Source of the DNA: Myxococcota bacterium
GTDB lineage: Bacteria; Myxococcota; XYA12-FULL-58-9; JALHOP01
DNA length: 64,000 nt
NCBI GenBank assembly: GCA_041288095.1
Contig: JBGGMJ010000188.1
Coordinates: forward strand, 64,001-128,000
Direction of reading: 5' to 3'
Part shown: one piece after another, positions 19,505-29,029 of the stretch
Layout of the letters: every line of letters starts with the position of its first letter
Numbering within the stretch: the first letter of the stretch is position 1
Position numbers and translations under genes: made by a program
The notes under the pieces: model-generated
The model's database searches: none
What the model was told of the DNA's origin: nothing
Seen by the model: only the letters and a program-made list of their open reading frames with translations

Positions 19505-20182
19505 ATGCAGCCCAACCCTTTGGTAGAGCCGACGTTTCTCGAGACCGTGAGTCATCACTGGAACGGCGGCGGCCCGTGGATGTACCCGATCGCCGTCGCC
19601 AGCATCTTCGCGATCGCTATCGCGTTCGAGCGTTTCGTGTACCTGTTCATGCAGGCACGGACCGACAAGGACAAGCTGGTGGGCGAGCTGCAGAAGTACG
19701 TGCTCGCCGGTGACCTGCGCGCCGCGACTTCGTTCGTCGCCGGCCAGAAAGCGACACCACTCGCTAACGTCATCAAGGCGGGCCTCGTCAAAGTGAAGAG
19801 CTCCGATGCCATCGTCCAGTCGGCCCTCGACGAAGCGACGTTGCGCGAGTTGCCGAAGCTCGAGCGGCGCACCGGCTATCTCTCCGTCATCGGCAACATC
19901 GCGACCCTGCTCGGCCTCCTCGGTACCATCGGCGGCCTCATTCAATGCTTCGCCGCGGTCTCCAAGCCCGGCGCCGATCCGACGCTCAAGTCGGCGGTGC
20001 TCGCGAACGGTATCGCCGAGGCGATGAACTGCACTGCTTTCGGTTTGATCGTCGCAATCCCGTCGCTCGTGGCCTTCGCGATCTTGAACGGCCGCACGCA
20101 GCAGATCGTCGACGAGCTCCACGAGACCGCGGTCTCGGTGATGAACCTCGTCGTCAACAACCGCGACAAGCTGCGTAACTAG
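19505..20182 (+). CDS. aglR: MotA/TolQ/ExbB proton-channel subunit, AglR-like
   Basis: HWNGGGPWMYPI, ATLLGLLGTIGGLI and GIAEAMNCTAFGL; followed by two TolR/ExbD genes. Confidence 0.75.
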   Translation: MQPNPLVEPTFLETVSHHWNGGGPWMYPIAVASIFAIAIAFERFVYLFMQARTDKDKLVGELQKYVLAGDLRAATSFVAGQKATPLANVIKAGLVKVKSSDAIVQSALDEATLRELPKLERRTGYLSVIGNIATLLGLLGTIGGLIQCFAAVSKPGADPTLKSAVLANGIAEAMNCTAFGLIVAIPSLVAFAILNGRTQQIVDELHETAVSVMNLVVNNRDKLRN

Positions 20183-20185
20183 CTC

Positions 20186-20728
20186 TTGGCGGGAATGGCA
20201 CCAGAGCAGTCGGGGGGCAGGCGCCCGGTCGATGCCGAGATCAACCTCGTGCCGTTCATCGATCTGCTCTGTTCGCTCATCGCCTTTCTCTTGCTGACCG
20301 CCGTTTGGGCGCAGATCGCTTCGCTCGAGCTCCAGCAGACGTCGACCTCTGACTCCATCGCGGACGAGCGCGAGACGCTGGGGCTGCGCGTCTTCGTCAT
20401 GGAGAAGGGCTTCAAGGTAGTCGGCAAGGACACCGAGGTGGATCTGCCGTGCTTGAAAGAGCCCTGTGTCGAACGCACGACTCCAGGCGCCACCGACTTG
20501 CGCATCGCCGGTCGTGAATCGCCGCGCGCGCAGAGCGGCATGGTGTCGAACTACGACTTCGGCCGCCTCGCCAGCCTCATCGCGGAGAAGCGTGCGCTCT
20601 TTCCCAACGACCGCGAAGTCTACATCGACGTCGCCGACGTCGTGCCGTACGACGACATGATTCGCACCATGGATACGTGCATGGCGGCGGGCCTGACCAG
20701 CATCGCGCTCGGAGGCTCCGCGCAATAA
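20186..20728 (+). CDS. aglQ: ExbD/TolR subunit, AglQ-like
   Basis: INLVPFIDLL...FLLLTAVW with the TM Asp. Confidence 0.72.
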   Translation: MAGMAPEQSGGRRPVDAEINLVPFIDLLCSLIAFLLLTAVWAQIASLELQQTSTSDSIADERETLGLRVFVMEKGFKVVGKDTEVDLPCLKEPCVERTTPGATDLRIAGRESPRAQSGMVSNYDFGRLASLIAEKRALFPNDREVYIDVADVVPYDDMIRTMDTCMAAGLTSIALGGSAQ

Positions 20729-21300
20729 TGCCGATCATCGTCCCAGGCCGTCGCATCGGCACCGCGTTCGCTTCGCACACCGTCGTCGCCAGGCGGCTCG
20801 CCAAGCGCCGGCGCAGCGTCTACGCGACGCTGCTCTTGACGTCGCTGGTCGACATGTTCGTCATCTTGGTCCTCTATTTGATTCAGCAGTTCAACGCGAC
20901 CGGTCAGATCCTGTTCATCGACCCGGACATCAAGCTGCCGAAGGCGCAGACCGCGAGCAGCCTGGTCGGCGCGCCGCCGGTCGTCACCATCGGGCAGTCG
21001 TCGATCACCGTGCAGGGAAAAGCCGTGGAAGACGCGACCATCCTCGCGAAGAACGGGGTGTGGGAAGCGCCGAAGCTCGAGCAAGCGCTGCTCGAGCTGC
21101 GCACGTCCGCGAAAGCGGTCCGTGACGTGAGCGCCGCCGCGCTTGCCGTGCCGGCGGACGAGACCCTCGTGGTGCAGGCGGACCTCGGTGTCCCCTACAT
21201 GCTGGTGAAGAAAGTCATCTTCACGGCGCAGAAGGCCGGCTTCACACGTGTCGATTTCGCGGTGCAGCAGGCGGCGCGCACTCCGCCCGTTACTCGATGA
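20728..21300 (+). CDS. aglS: ExbD/TolR subunit, AglS-like
   Basis: TAATG overlap; MPIIVPGRR N-terminus; LTSLVDMFVILVLYLIQQFNATG. Confidence 0.72.
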   Translation: MPIIVPGRRIGTAFASHTVVARRLAKRRRSVYATLLLTSLVDMFVILVLYLIQQFNATGQILFIDPDIKLPKAQTASSLVGAPPVVTIGQSSITVQGKAVEDATILAKNGVWEAPKLEQALLELRTSAKAVRDVSAAALAVPADETLVVQADLGVPYMLVKKVIFTAQKAGFTRVDFAVQQAARTPPVTR

Positions 21301-21559
21301 CGAAGCCGACGTTGTCGATGAAGCACCAGCTCCAGGTCTCACCCGGCTCGAGCGAGCTGATGATGGGGTGCTTGGTGGCCTTCCAGTGCTTGGTGGCGTG
21401 CTTGCTGGGTGAATCGTCGCAGCAGCCGACGTGACCGCAAGAGCGGCACAGGCGCAGATGCACCCACTGTCCGCCCGACGCCAGACACTCCTCGCAGCCC
21501 TTGGGGCCGCGTGGCGCATCGACGGTCATTTGCGCCAGGTGCGAGCACTCGTCGCTCAT
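21290..21559 (-). CDS. UBP-type zinc-finger protein
   Basis: CSH, GCEEC, WVHLRLCRSCGHVGCCDDSPSKHATKH and EPGETWSWC; ATGA overlap with carF. Confidence 0.9.
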   Translation of the reverse strand: MSDECSHLAQMTVDAPRGPKGCEECLASGGQWVHLRLCRSCGHVGCCDDSPSKHATKHWKATKHPIISSLEPGETWSWCFIDNVGFVIE

Positions 21560-22323
21560 ACGCTCTTTGCCGCCTTGCGCGCGAGCGCGGCCTCGATGTG
21601 CTCGTGTTGCGGGCGCACGCCGGAGATGCGCGACACCACCCACTCGATCATCGGGAAGAGCCTGAGCCACTGCATGGGCCGGTCCATCCAGCCATTGGTG
21701 ATGCAGTAGTGGCGGGCATGGGGCGCCACGTGGTGCACGTCGTGGTGCTTCGGCGACAAGAGTAGGCCGGTCCGCTGGAGCAGTCTGACCAAGCGCGGCG
21801 GCGCGTCTGCGTGCGCCCAGGCGTGGAACTGATTGGTGCCGAACACCCAGAGCGCCACGCCGAGCGCGAAGACGCTGGTGAACAACCCAGTCTCGGGCTC
21901 CATGACGTCGCTCGCGTAGCCCGCCGCGAAGAACACCGGGATGCTGACGATGCAATTGTTGCCGTTCAGCTCGACGAAGTCGTGACGCGTGATGTCCTTC
22001 GGATCGACGTGGTGGTTGCGGAACGGTTGAATGAAGCCCGGCCCGAGGATGGGCCAGCTGGGGTCGCCCCAGTTGTCGGCAGCCCAGTGCACGAGCCCCG
22101 AGAACATGTCGGCGGCGAGCAGCGCCGCGAGGATGCCTCCGCCGAGCAACCAGCCCCATTGCGCCGGGTGGTGGACGCTGGCGTTCGCGTAGATGCGGTA
22201 CGAGGTCCAAGCCGCGAGGAGCATGAAGGCGGCGATGCCGGCGATCTCGAGGCTACGCTGCAGACGGCTGTATCCGTAGCTGCGTTGCTGCTCGGGTGAT
22301 GCGCCGTGAGGTGAAGCGGACAT
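21556..22323 (-). CDS. carF: CarF/TMEM189 (Kua domain) plasmanylethanolamine desaturase
   Basis: ADMFSGLVHWAADNWG, FRNHH, TNQFHAWAH, HHDVHH and YCITNGW His boxes. Confidence 0.88.
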   Translation of the reverse strand: MSASPHGASPEQQRSYGYSRLQRSLEIAGIAAFMLLAAWTSYRIYANASVHHPAQWGWLLGGGILAALLAADMFSGLVHWAADNWGDPSWPILGPGFIQPFRNHHVDPKDITRHDFVELNGNNCIVSIPVFFAAGYASDVMEPETGLFTSVFALGVALWVFGTNQFHAWAHADAPPRLVRLLQRTGLLLSPKHHDVHHVAPHARHYCITNGWMDRPMQWLRLFPMIEWVVSRISGVRPQHEHIEAALARKAAKSV

Positions 22324-22457
22324 CGCGAGAAAGTACCTTTCGCGCCGCTTTAAAGCGTTCGGAAGACGTTAGTGTCCACCAAATTCGGCGCCTGCGCATG
22401 AGCAAATCATCAGACCTCCGCCATGGACAAGGGTCTAGCGCGACTTACCCTGCCTGA

Positions 22458-24797
22458 GTGTCGCCGCGCGCTACCTACCGCCTCCAGCTCGGCCCTCACC
22501 TCGGCTTCGCCCAGGCCGCCGAGCTTGCGCCTTACCTCGCGGATCTCGGCGTCAGCCACGTTTACCTCTCGCCCCATCTCCAGGCAGCCGCCGGCAGCAC
22601 CCACGGCTACGACGTCGTCGACCACGCCAGGGTGAGCGCTGAGCTGGGCGGCGAGGTCGCGCACGAGCGCATGCTCACCGCGTTCGCAAAGCACGGACTC
22701 TCGGTGGTCATCGACGTCGTGCCCAACCACATGTCCATCGCCAAAGCGTCGGCGAACGCGTGGTGGTGGGACGTGCTCGAGAACGGCCGCGAAAGCCGCT
22801 GGGCGGAGTTTTTCGACGTCGACTGGGATCATCCCGAGGAGCGGCTGCGCAATCGCATCCTCTTGCCGGTGTTGGGTGATCATTATGGCCGGGTGCTCGA
22901 GGCGGGGGACATCGAGCTTGTCCGCGAAGACGGACGGGCCGTCGCGCGGGTCCACGAGCACGTCTTTCCACTTAGCCCGCGCTCCGTCGCCGAGCTGCCG
23001 CAAGACCTCACGCCCATCAACGCCGACAAGGAGCGCTTGCACGCCGTGCTCGAGCAGCAGAGCTATCGGCTCGCTTACTGGCGCAGCGCGCGCTACGACC
23101 TGGACTACCGCCGCTTCTTCGACGTCAACGAGCTCGTCGGCCTGCGGATGGATCGCCCTTCCGTGTTCGACGCGACCCACGCGCTGGTGTTGCGCTGGGT
23201 CGACGAAGGGCTCGTGACCGGCCTGCGCATCGATCATCCCGATGGGCTCATCGACCCGGTCGGGTATCTCGAGCGCCTGCGCGCCAAGGCACCGCACTGC
23301 TGGATCGTGGTCGAGAAGATCCTCGCGCGTGACGAGTCATTGCCCCGCACCTGGCCGGTTCAGGGCACCACGGGCTACGACTTCGCGAACCGCGTTTGCG
23401 GCCTCTGGATCGACTCGACGTCCGCTGGAGCGTTCGATGCCTTGTACGGCGAGCTTACCGGCGCCGCGGACACGAGCTTCGCGGCGGTCGCGACGACGAG
23501 AAAACGCCGCATCATGCGGGACGTGCTGGGGGCCGACGTGCGGCGGGTGGTCGAGCTCTTCATGCGGGAGTGCGAGAAGAATTTGGCCTACCGTGACACG
23601 TCGCGCGAGGAGCTGCGGCGCGCCGTCGAGAACCTCATGGTGGCGTTGCCGGTCTACCGCACCTACGTGCGGGAGGGAGTACCCCCTACCGAGAGCGAGC
23701 GCGCGCTGATCGGCGCCATGGTCGTCAAGGCCAAGGCGCAGTGCTCCGATTGCGATGCGCGGCTTTTCGATTTTCTCGAGAGCCTGTTGGCGACCCCCGT
23801 CGAGGCGACTCTCCGGTTCCAGCAAGCATCGGGACCCGTGACCGCGAAGGGGGTCGAGGACACCGCGTTCTTCGACCACCACCGCTTCATCGCGCTCAAT
23901 GACGTCGGCAACGATCCCGACGTCTTCGGCACGAGCACCGCGGACTTCCACGCCCACAACCTCGCAAAGCTCAGGGACGCGCCGCAGTCGATGCTCACGA
24001 CCTCGACCCACGACAGCAAGCGCTCGGAGGACGTGCGGGCGCGCCTCGCGGTGCTGAGCGAGATCCCCCACGAGTGGCGTGCCTGGGTGATGCGCGTGCG
24101 CGAGCTCACTGGCCGCTACCGGGTCGACGAGGTCGACGCCGGCACCGAGTACCACCTCTATCAAACCCTCGTTGGTGCCTGGCCCATCGGGGCCGATCGT
24201 GTCGCTACGTATCTCGAAAAGGCGATGCGCGAGGCCAAGGACAAGACGTCGTGGCTCGCGGTCAACGAGCGTTACGAGCACGCGGTGCAAGGGTTTGCCA
24301 AGCGCCTGCTGGCCGACGACCAGGTGAAGGGCGAGCTCGATGGTCTACGCGAGAGGATTAGCGGCGCCGGTGAGCACAACGCCTTGGCGCAAAAGCTCCT
24401 GACGCTGACGTCGCCGGGGGTACCCGACATCTATCAGGGTAGCGAGCGCTGGTACTTCGCGCTGACCGATCCCGACAACCGGCGGACGGTCGATTACAGC
24501 GAGCCGGAGGACGCCAAGACCGCCTTGGTGCGCAAGGCGCTCGCTGTACGTCGCGAGCATCCGCATTGCTTCGACGAGCGCGGCGGTTACGAGCCGATGT
24601 TCGCGGACCAACCGCGCATCGTCGCCTATCGCCGCGGCGAGCGCGTGTTGGTCATCGCGCAGCGCCTCCGGCTGACGCCACTCGAGGTCGAGCTCGTGCT
24701 CCCCGAGGGGACGTGGACCGACGCGCTGAGCGGCGAGCGTTACAGCGGACAACTACGCTGGCGCTCGAACGGCGCCATGCTGCTCGTCAGAGTCTAA
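22458..24797 (+). CDS. treY: Malto-oligosyltrehalose synthase
   Basis: ATYRLQ, GSTHGYDV, DVVPNHM, GLRIDHPDGL, VVEKIL, AKGVEDTAF, STHDSKRSEDVRAR and PGVPDIYQG. Confidence 0.95.
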   Translation: MSPRATYRLQLGPHLGFAQAAELAPYLADLGVSHVYLSPHLQAAAGSTHGYDVVDHARVSAELGGEVAHERMLTAFAKHGLSVVIDVVPNHMSIAKASANAWWWDVLENGRESRWAEFFDVDWDHPEERLRNRILLPVLGDHYGRVLEAGDIELVREDGRAVARVHEHVFPLSPRSVAELPQDLTPINADKERLHAVLEQQSYRLAYWRSARYDLDYRRFFDVNELVGLRMDRPSVFDATHALVLRWVDEGLVTGLRIDHPDGLIDPVGYLERLRAKAPHCWIVVEKILARDESLPRTWPVQGTTGYDFANRVCGLWIDSTSAGAFDALYGELTGAADTSFAAVATTRKRRIMRDVLGADVRRVVELFMRECEKNLAYRDTSREELRRAVENLMVALPVYRTYVREGVPPTESERALIGAMVVKAKAQCSDCDARLFDFLESLLATPVEATLRFQQASGPVTAKGVEDTAFFDHHRFIALNDVGNDPDVFGTSTADFHAHNLAKLRDAPQSMLTTSTHDSKRSEDVRARLAVLSEIPHEWRAWVMRVRELTGRYRVDEVDAGTEYHLYQTLVGAWPIGADRVATYLEKAMREAKDKTSWLAVNERYEHAVQGFAKRLLADDQVKGELDGLRERISGAGEHNALAQKLLTLTSPGVPDIYQGSERWYFALTDPDNRRTVDYSEPEDAKTALVRKALAVRREHPHCFDERGGYEPMFADQPRIVAYRRGERVLVIAQRLRLTPLEVELVLPEGTWTDALSGERYSGQLRWRSNGAMLLVRV

Positions 24798-26179
24798 GAC
24801 GGGCGGCCATTGTTGGTGTGCGTCCAAGTCGTCGCCGCGGGCGTGTCCTTGACCCGGTTCTGCGCCGGGCGCCGCTCGCTTTCGCCCGACCACGGTTGGC
24901 TAATGATGCGCGAGCCGCGTGCGTTGCGCAGATAGACCCAAGCCCACTCCATGATGACCAGGAATCGGGTACGGAAGCCGACGAGGAAAAAGATGTGCAC
25001 GACCAGCCAGGCTAGCCACGCCATGAGTCCGCTCCAGCGGAGACCCTTGAACTGCATGACCGCGCGGGACCTGCCCACGGTCGCCATGATGCCCTTGTCG
25101 ACGTAGTGAAAGGGCCGGCGCGCCGGGCGCTGCCAGCTCGTGTTTTTGTCCTCGATATCGTCGTTACGGCGAGCGCGCGCTTCGCGGTCGATGAGCTTGG
25201 CGACGTGCCGGCCTTGCTGGATGGCGACCGGCGCGACTCCCGGCAACGCCTGCTGCCCGCCCTCGGGCACGAAAGCCGCGATGTCGCCGATCGCGAAGAC
25301 CTCGGGATGCTCGGGGAGGGAGCAGTCGGGTCCGACGATGAGGCGCTGCGTGTTGTCGCGTTTCGCGGCGATGCGCGTCGCGAGCGGCACGGGCGCGACA
25401 CCACTCGTCCACGCGACCGTGCCCGCCGGCACTTGCTTGCCGTCGATGATCACACCGTTGGCGTCGATGGCGCCGACCGAGCGGCCGAGCTGCAGCTCCA
25501 CGCCAATCTCCGCGAGCTGACGCTGGGCGGCCCGCGAGAGCCGTTCGTCGAAGGCGGTGAGCACGCGCGGCGATCGCTCGACGAGCACCACCCGCACCAT
25601 GTCGGGCTTGAGCGAGCGGAAGTCGCGCAGCAACACGCGCCGTGACAGCTCGCTGATGGCGCCGGCGAGCTCCACACCCGTCGGGCCACCGCCAATGATC
25701 ACCGAGGTGAGCAGCACCCGCCGCTTCTGCGCGTCCTCCGTGGTCTCGGCGAGCTCGAAATTGCGCAGGATGTGCTCGCGCAAGGCGATGGCGTCGTCCG
25801 CCGTCTTGAGGCCGAAGGAGTGGGCGGCCCAGGTATCGTGTCCGTAGTAGTTGGTGCGCGCGCCGGCAGCGAGCACCAGGTAGTCGTAGGGCAGCACCGC
25901 GCCGTTCGCGACTTTGACGTGGCGCGTTTCGAGGTCGACCCCGGTCACTTCACCGTAGAGGGTCCGGACGTTGGGCTGGCTGTCGAACACCGCGCGGATG
26001 GGGACGGCGATCTCCGGCAACGACAGGCCCGCTGTCGCCACCTGGTAGAGCAACGGTTGGAAGAGGTGATGGTTCGTCTGATCGATGAGGGTGACGTCGA
26101 CGGGCGCGCGCTTGAGGCCGCGGGCGAGGTTGAGGCCGCCGAAGCCGCCACCGACGACGATGACACGTGGACGACCCAT
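24794..26179 (-). CDS. ndh: Type II NADH:quinone oxidoreductase
   Basis: GGGFGG, FQPLLYQVAT, GGGPTGVELAG and YVDKGIMATVGR. Confidence 0.93.
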   Translation of the reverse strand: MGRPRVIVVGGGFGGLNLARGLKRAPVDVTLIDQTNHHLFQPLLYQVATAGLSLPEIAVPIRAVFDSQPNVRTLYGEVTGVDLETRHVKVANGAVLPYDYLVLAAGARTNYYGHDTWAAHSFGLKTADDAIALREHILRNFELAETTEDAQKRRVLLTSVIIGGGPTGVELAGAISELSRRVLLRDFRSLKPDMVRVVLVERSPRVLTAFDERLSRAAQRQLAEIGVELQLGRSVGAIDANGVIIDGKQVPAGTVAWTSGVAPVPLATRIAAKRDNTQRLIVGPDCSLPEHPEVFAIGDIAAFVPEGGQQALPGVAPVAIQQGRHVAKLIDREARARRNDDIEDKNTSWQRPARRPFHYVDKGIMATVGRSRAVMQFKGLRWSGLMAWLAWLVVHIFFLVGFRTRFLVIMEWAWVYLRNARGSRIISQPWSGESERRPAQNRVKDTPAATTWTHTNNGRPS

Positions 26180-26396
26180 GGCGATGCCTCCGGTAGCCGA
26201 CCGCCGCGTTAGGTTAACACTCGCGTGTCACGACGGTAGCCGACTGGGGCATGACGCCGCCACCACGAAGCCGATTCAGCGTTGGTTGGGTCAAACAACC
26301 CCACGCCGGCCCGGCTTGCCTTGGCTCTTCGGCACGCCGCCGCCGCTAGAAGAGCGGAATCGGTTCGGAGAGGCTGTCCACGGGGTGTCACGGATG

Positions 26397-26413
26397 TTGG
26401 CTCGCCGATTGCT
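26397..26413 (+). promoter_or_regulatory. Sigma54 (-24/-12) promoter upstream of the 26471 gene
   Basis: TTGGCTCGCCGATTGCT, near consensus. Confidence 0.7.
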
Positions 26414-26470
26414 AGGGGCACGATCACGGGAGCTGCACCACAGCCGCTCCTGTCCGAGAAGGCAGTCAAT

Positions 26471-27391
26471 ATGAAGCTCGATACCCTCCATCCCAAAGCC
26501 CGCATCCGTGCCCGACGTGCCTTGCGCGGACGCGTGAACCCCAACGACGTCGTGACGCCGCTGCCTTTCTCCGGCGCGCTAGACGACCGTCGCGGTGACG
26601 AAATGCTGCATCGTGGGCTCTTTCAGTTGAACCGCCGGCGCTTGAAGCCCGGCATCGTCAGCGAATCGACGCTCGAGTTCCGTGAAGCGCTGCGTGAGCT
26701 CGCCACCATCCAGTACTTCGAGACCCGCATCCTGGAGGGCGCCCGTCACGCCATTGGTCCGCACGCCAGCGAGGCACCGAAAGACGCCGCGGGTCTACTG
26801 ACCTGGCTCGATGGCCTGCGCGTCTCGGGGCCGGGCCAGCTCGACCCGATCTGGAGCTGGCTTGCCACCGAAGCCAGCGAGCACGAGCTCCATTGGTTCG
26901 TGTTGCAGGAGCTGATCGCCGAGGTCGCGACCGCCGAGCTCGTGCAGGTCGTACTGGGAAACAAGGCGACCTTGCCGGCGCTCGAGCGCTTGCGGCACAT
27001 GGCGATGCTCCTGGGCGTAACCATCCCGCACGTGGCCTCGGATTCCGATGAGGTGAGCTGGGAGTCGATGGGGCGCGCCAACCTCGTGACCGCTTTAGCG
27101 GCCAATCGCCGCTCGCAAGCCAACGCCGTCGGCGCCCTCGCGGCGATGATGATGGTGCAGCCGGCGCGCCTCGCGCTCATCGACTGTGCCCTCACGCGCT
27201 TGGGCTACGAGGTCTATCCGCCGAGCCCACCGGTGGATCGCCAAGCCGTCGCCCGTTTGCTCGACCAACAGCTCGTGCAAGACCGTGCTTCGGCCGAGCA
27301 CATTGCCGGCGGTGCTCTCATGTGGATGCGCGCCAGCGTACGCTGCCTCGACGGCTATCGCAGCCGCATGCTCCACGACAACGCCGCCTAG
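26471..27391 (+). CDS. Degenerate iron-containing redox enzyme (heme-oxygenase-like diiron) family protein
   Basis: GPGQLDP.W.WLA, WFVLQE, WES...AN...ALAANRR...GAL and IAGGAL...RCLDGYR scaffold motifs; metal ligands appear absent. Confidence 0.65.
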   Translation: MKLDTLHPKARIRARRALRGRVNPNDVVTPLPFSGALDDRRGDEMLHRGLFQLNRRRLKPGIVSESTLEFREALRELATIQYFETRILEGARHAIGPHASEAPKDAAGLLTWLDGLRVSGPGQLDPIWSWLATEASEHELHWFVLQELIAEVATAELVQVVLGNKATLPALERLRHMAMLLGVTIPHVASDSDEVSWESMGRANLVTALAANRRSQANAVGALAAMMMVQPARLALIDCALTRLGYEVYPPSPPVDRQAVARLLDQQLVQDRASAEHIAGGALMWMRASVRCLDGYRSRMLHDNAA

Positions 27392-28998
27392 AACGCGCGG
27401 CGGATGCGGACGGTGGCGCCGGTGGTGTAATCACGCGCCGTCGACACGGCGATCGAAGCGTAGAAGTCGACCTGCAGCGTGTCCATGACGAGGAAGTGCA
27501 AGCCTGGCCCGAAGGCGTTCACGACCTCGGGCTGCGGCCCGCGGCCGGCGATGACGTGCTCGCGAAACAGCGCCGCTTCGTCGAAGATGCTGATCTTGAA
27601 CATGTCGCGCGTGAGCGAGAAGCGGTACTCGATGCCGGCGGACACGACGCGGTCGAAGTAGAACAGGTCGCTGTAGACGCCGCGGACATACGTGCCGCTC
27701 ATCGGGATGGCGTCCGCGATGCTGAACGAGCCCTCGATGAGGCCGATGTTGCTCGAGAGCCAGAGCTCGTTCCAGCCGAACTCGAAGACCTTTTGGTAGT
27801 CGATGTAGAGGGTGCCAAAACCGCCGTCGCTGCCGAGGAAGTAGCGCCCTTCACCGGTGAGGCGATGGACGCGGTCGCGCCGAGCCACGATGCGATCGAA
27901 GCTGATCTGCACCGCCAAATTCACGAACGGCAGGACGTTGGTGAAGCCATCCACGGGCGTCACGCGGTCCGCGATGTAGAGCTGCGGCTCCGTGATCTCG
28001 TCGAGCGGCACGTTCTCGACGTTCGACAGATTGCGGAACTGGAAGCCGAAGCCGGCGTTGATCTCGGCGTCTTCGGGCTCGACGCTGATGCTGAGGCTGC
28101 CGTCGAGGCGGTTGAAGAAGTAGCTCTGCACACCCACGTCTTGGCGCTGCCGGCGTAGCAAGTCCTCGCGGATTTCGAAGAGCGGACGCACGCTCTGGCC
28201 GACGATCGGCGGTGTGTAATAGCGGACGCGGCCGATGGCGCGGTTGGGGCGTAGGTCTGATCCGTTTTCGCGGAGATCGTCGAACCGCTTGAGCCCGAGC
28301 TGTGCGTCGAGATCCCAACGGTCGCGCTCGCCGAGGAGCGATGCGAAGGTATAGCCGACGCCGAAGCGGTAGCCGTTGTTGTCGATGGCGACGCTGACGC
28401 GGGCGCCTTCGGCCTTCTCGGGATCGGTGGACATGTCGATGTGCAGCTCGTAGCGGTCCCCTTGAACCAGGGGCGGCTGGCCGGGGACGATCTGCGTGAT
28501 GTCCACCTGCGGCCCTACGTGTGGCTTCTCCTGCGACGGCACCAGCTCGTAGTCGAACTGACCCTCGGTGGCCGACGGGTAGAAGCTGCGCAAGACGCGC
28601 TCGAGCTGCGGCCGGTTGAATACGTCGCCGGGGAGGCTGATTTGGGCGCGATAGGAGAGAAGCGCCGCGGGCGATTTGCCGCGCAGGACGATCTTGGCGA
28701 GCCGACCCTCGTCGATGTGGACGTGGATCTTGCCCTCTTCCAACACCTCGGCTTGGACGGTGGCGAGCGCGTAGCCGGCGCCGCGCAGGAAATCGAGCAG
28801 GACGGTCTCGATGTCGCGCGCAGTCTCCTCGTCCGCCGTGCTGTCGGGCGGCACCTTGAGCACCTCGAGATAGACCTCGTCGACCATGACCACGTTACCG
28901 TCGAGGACGATGAGCCCGTGATCGGCGGCGGCGGCCGAGCGCGCCACGGCGCACGCGACAATGCAGGTCAGGACGGCGGCGCGCCGAGTCGACAACAT
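27388..28998 (-). CDS. POTRA + Omp85 (BamA/TamA-like) outer-membrane protein
   Basis: Signal peptide; GY.LA.V...IHVHIDEGRL POTRA motif; amphipathic beta-strands; VRGVY; terminal Phe. Confidence 0.7.
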   Translation of the reverse strand: MLSTRRAAVLTCIVACAVARSAAAADHGLIVLDGNVVMVDEVYLEVLKVPPDSTADEETARDIETVLLDFLRGAGYALATVQAEVLEEGKIHVHIDEGRLAKIVLRGKSPAALLSYRAQISLPGDVFNRPQLERVLRSFYPSATEGQFDYELVPSQEKPHVGPQVDITQIVPGQPPLVQGDRYELHIDMSTDPEKAEGARVSVAIDNNGYRFGVGYTFASLLGERDRWDLDAQLGLKRFDDLRENGSDLRPNRAIGRVRYYTPPIVGQSVRPLFEIREDLLRRQRQDVGVQSYFFNRLDGSLSISVEPEDAEINAGFGFQFRNLSNVENVPLDEITEPQLYIADRVTPVDGFTNVLPFVNLAVQISFDRIVARRDRVHRLTGEGRYFLGSDGGFGTLYIDYQKVFEFGWNELWLSSNIGLIEGSFSIADAIPMSGTYVRGVYSDLFYFDRVVSAGIEYRFSLTRDMFKISIFDEAALFREHVIAGRGPQPEVVNAFGPGLHFLVMDTLQVDFYASIAVSTARDYTTGATVRIRRAF

Positions 28999-29029
28999 GC
29001 GTGCCCAGCCCCCTGCTGACGTCGTGGAT

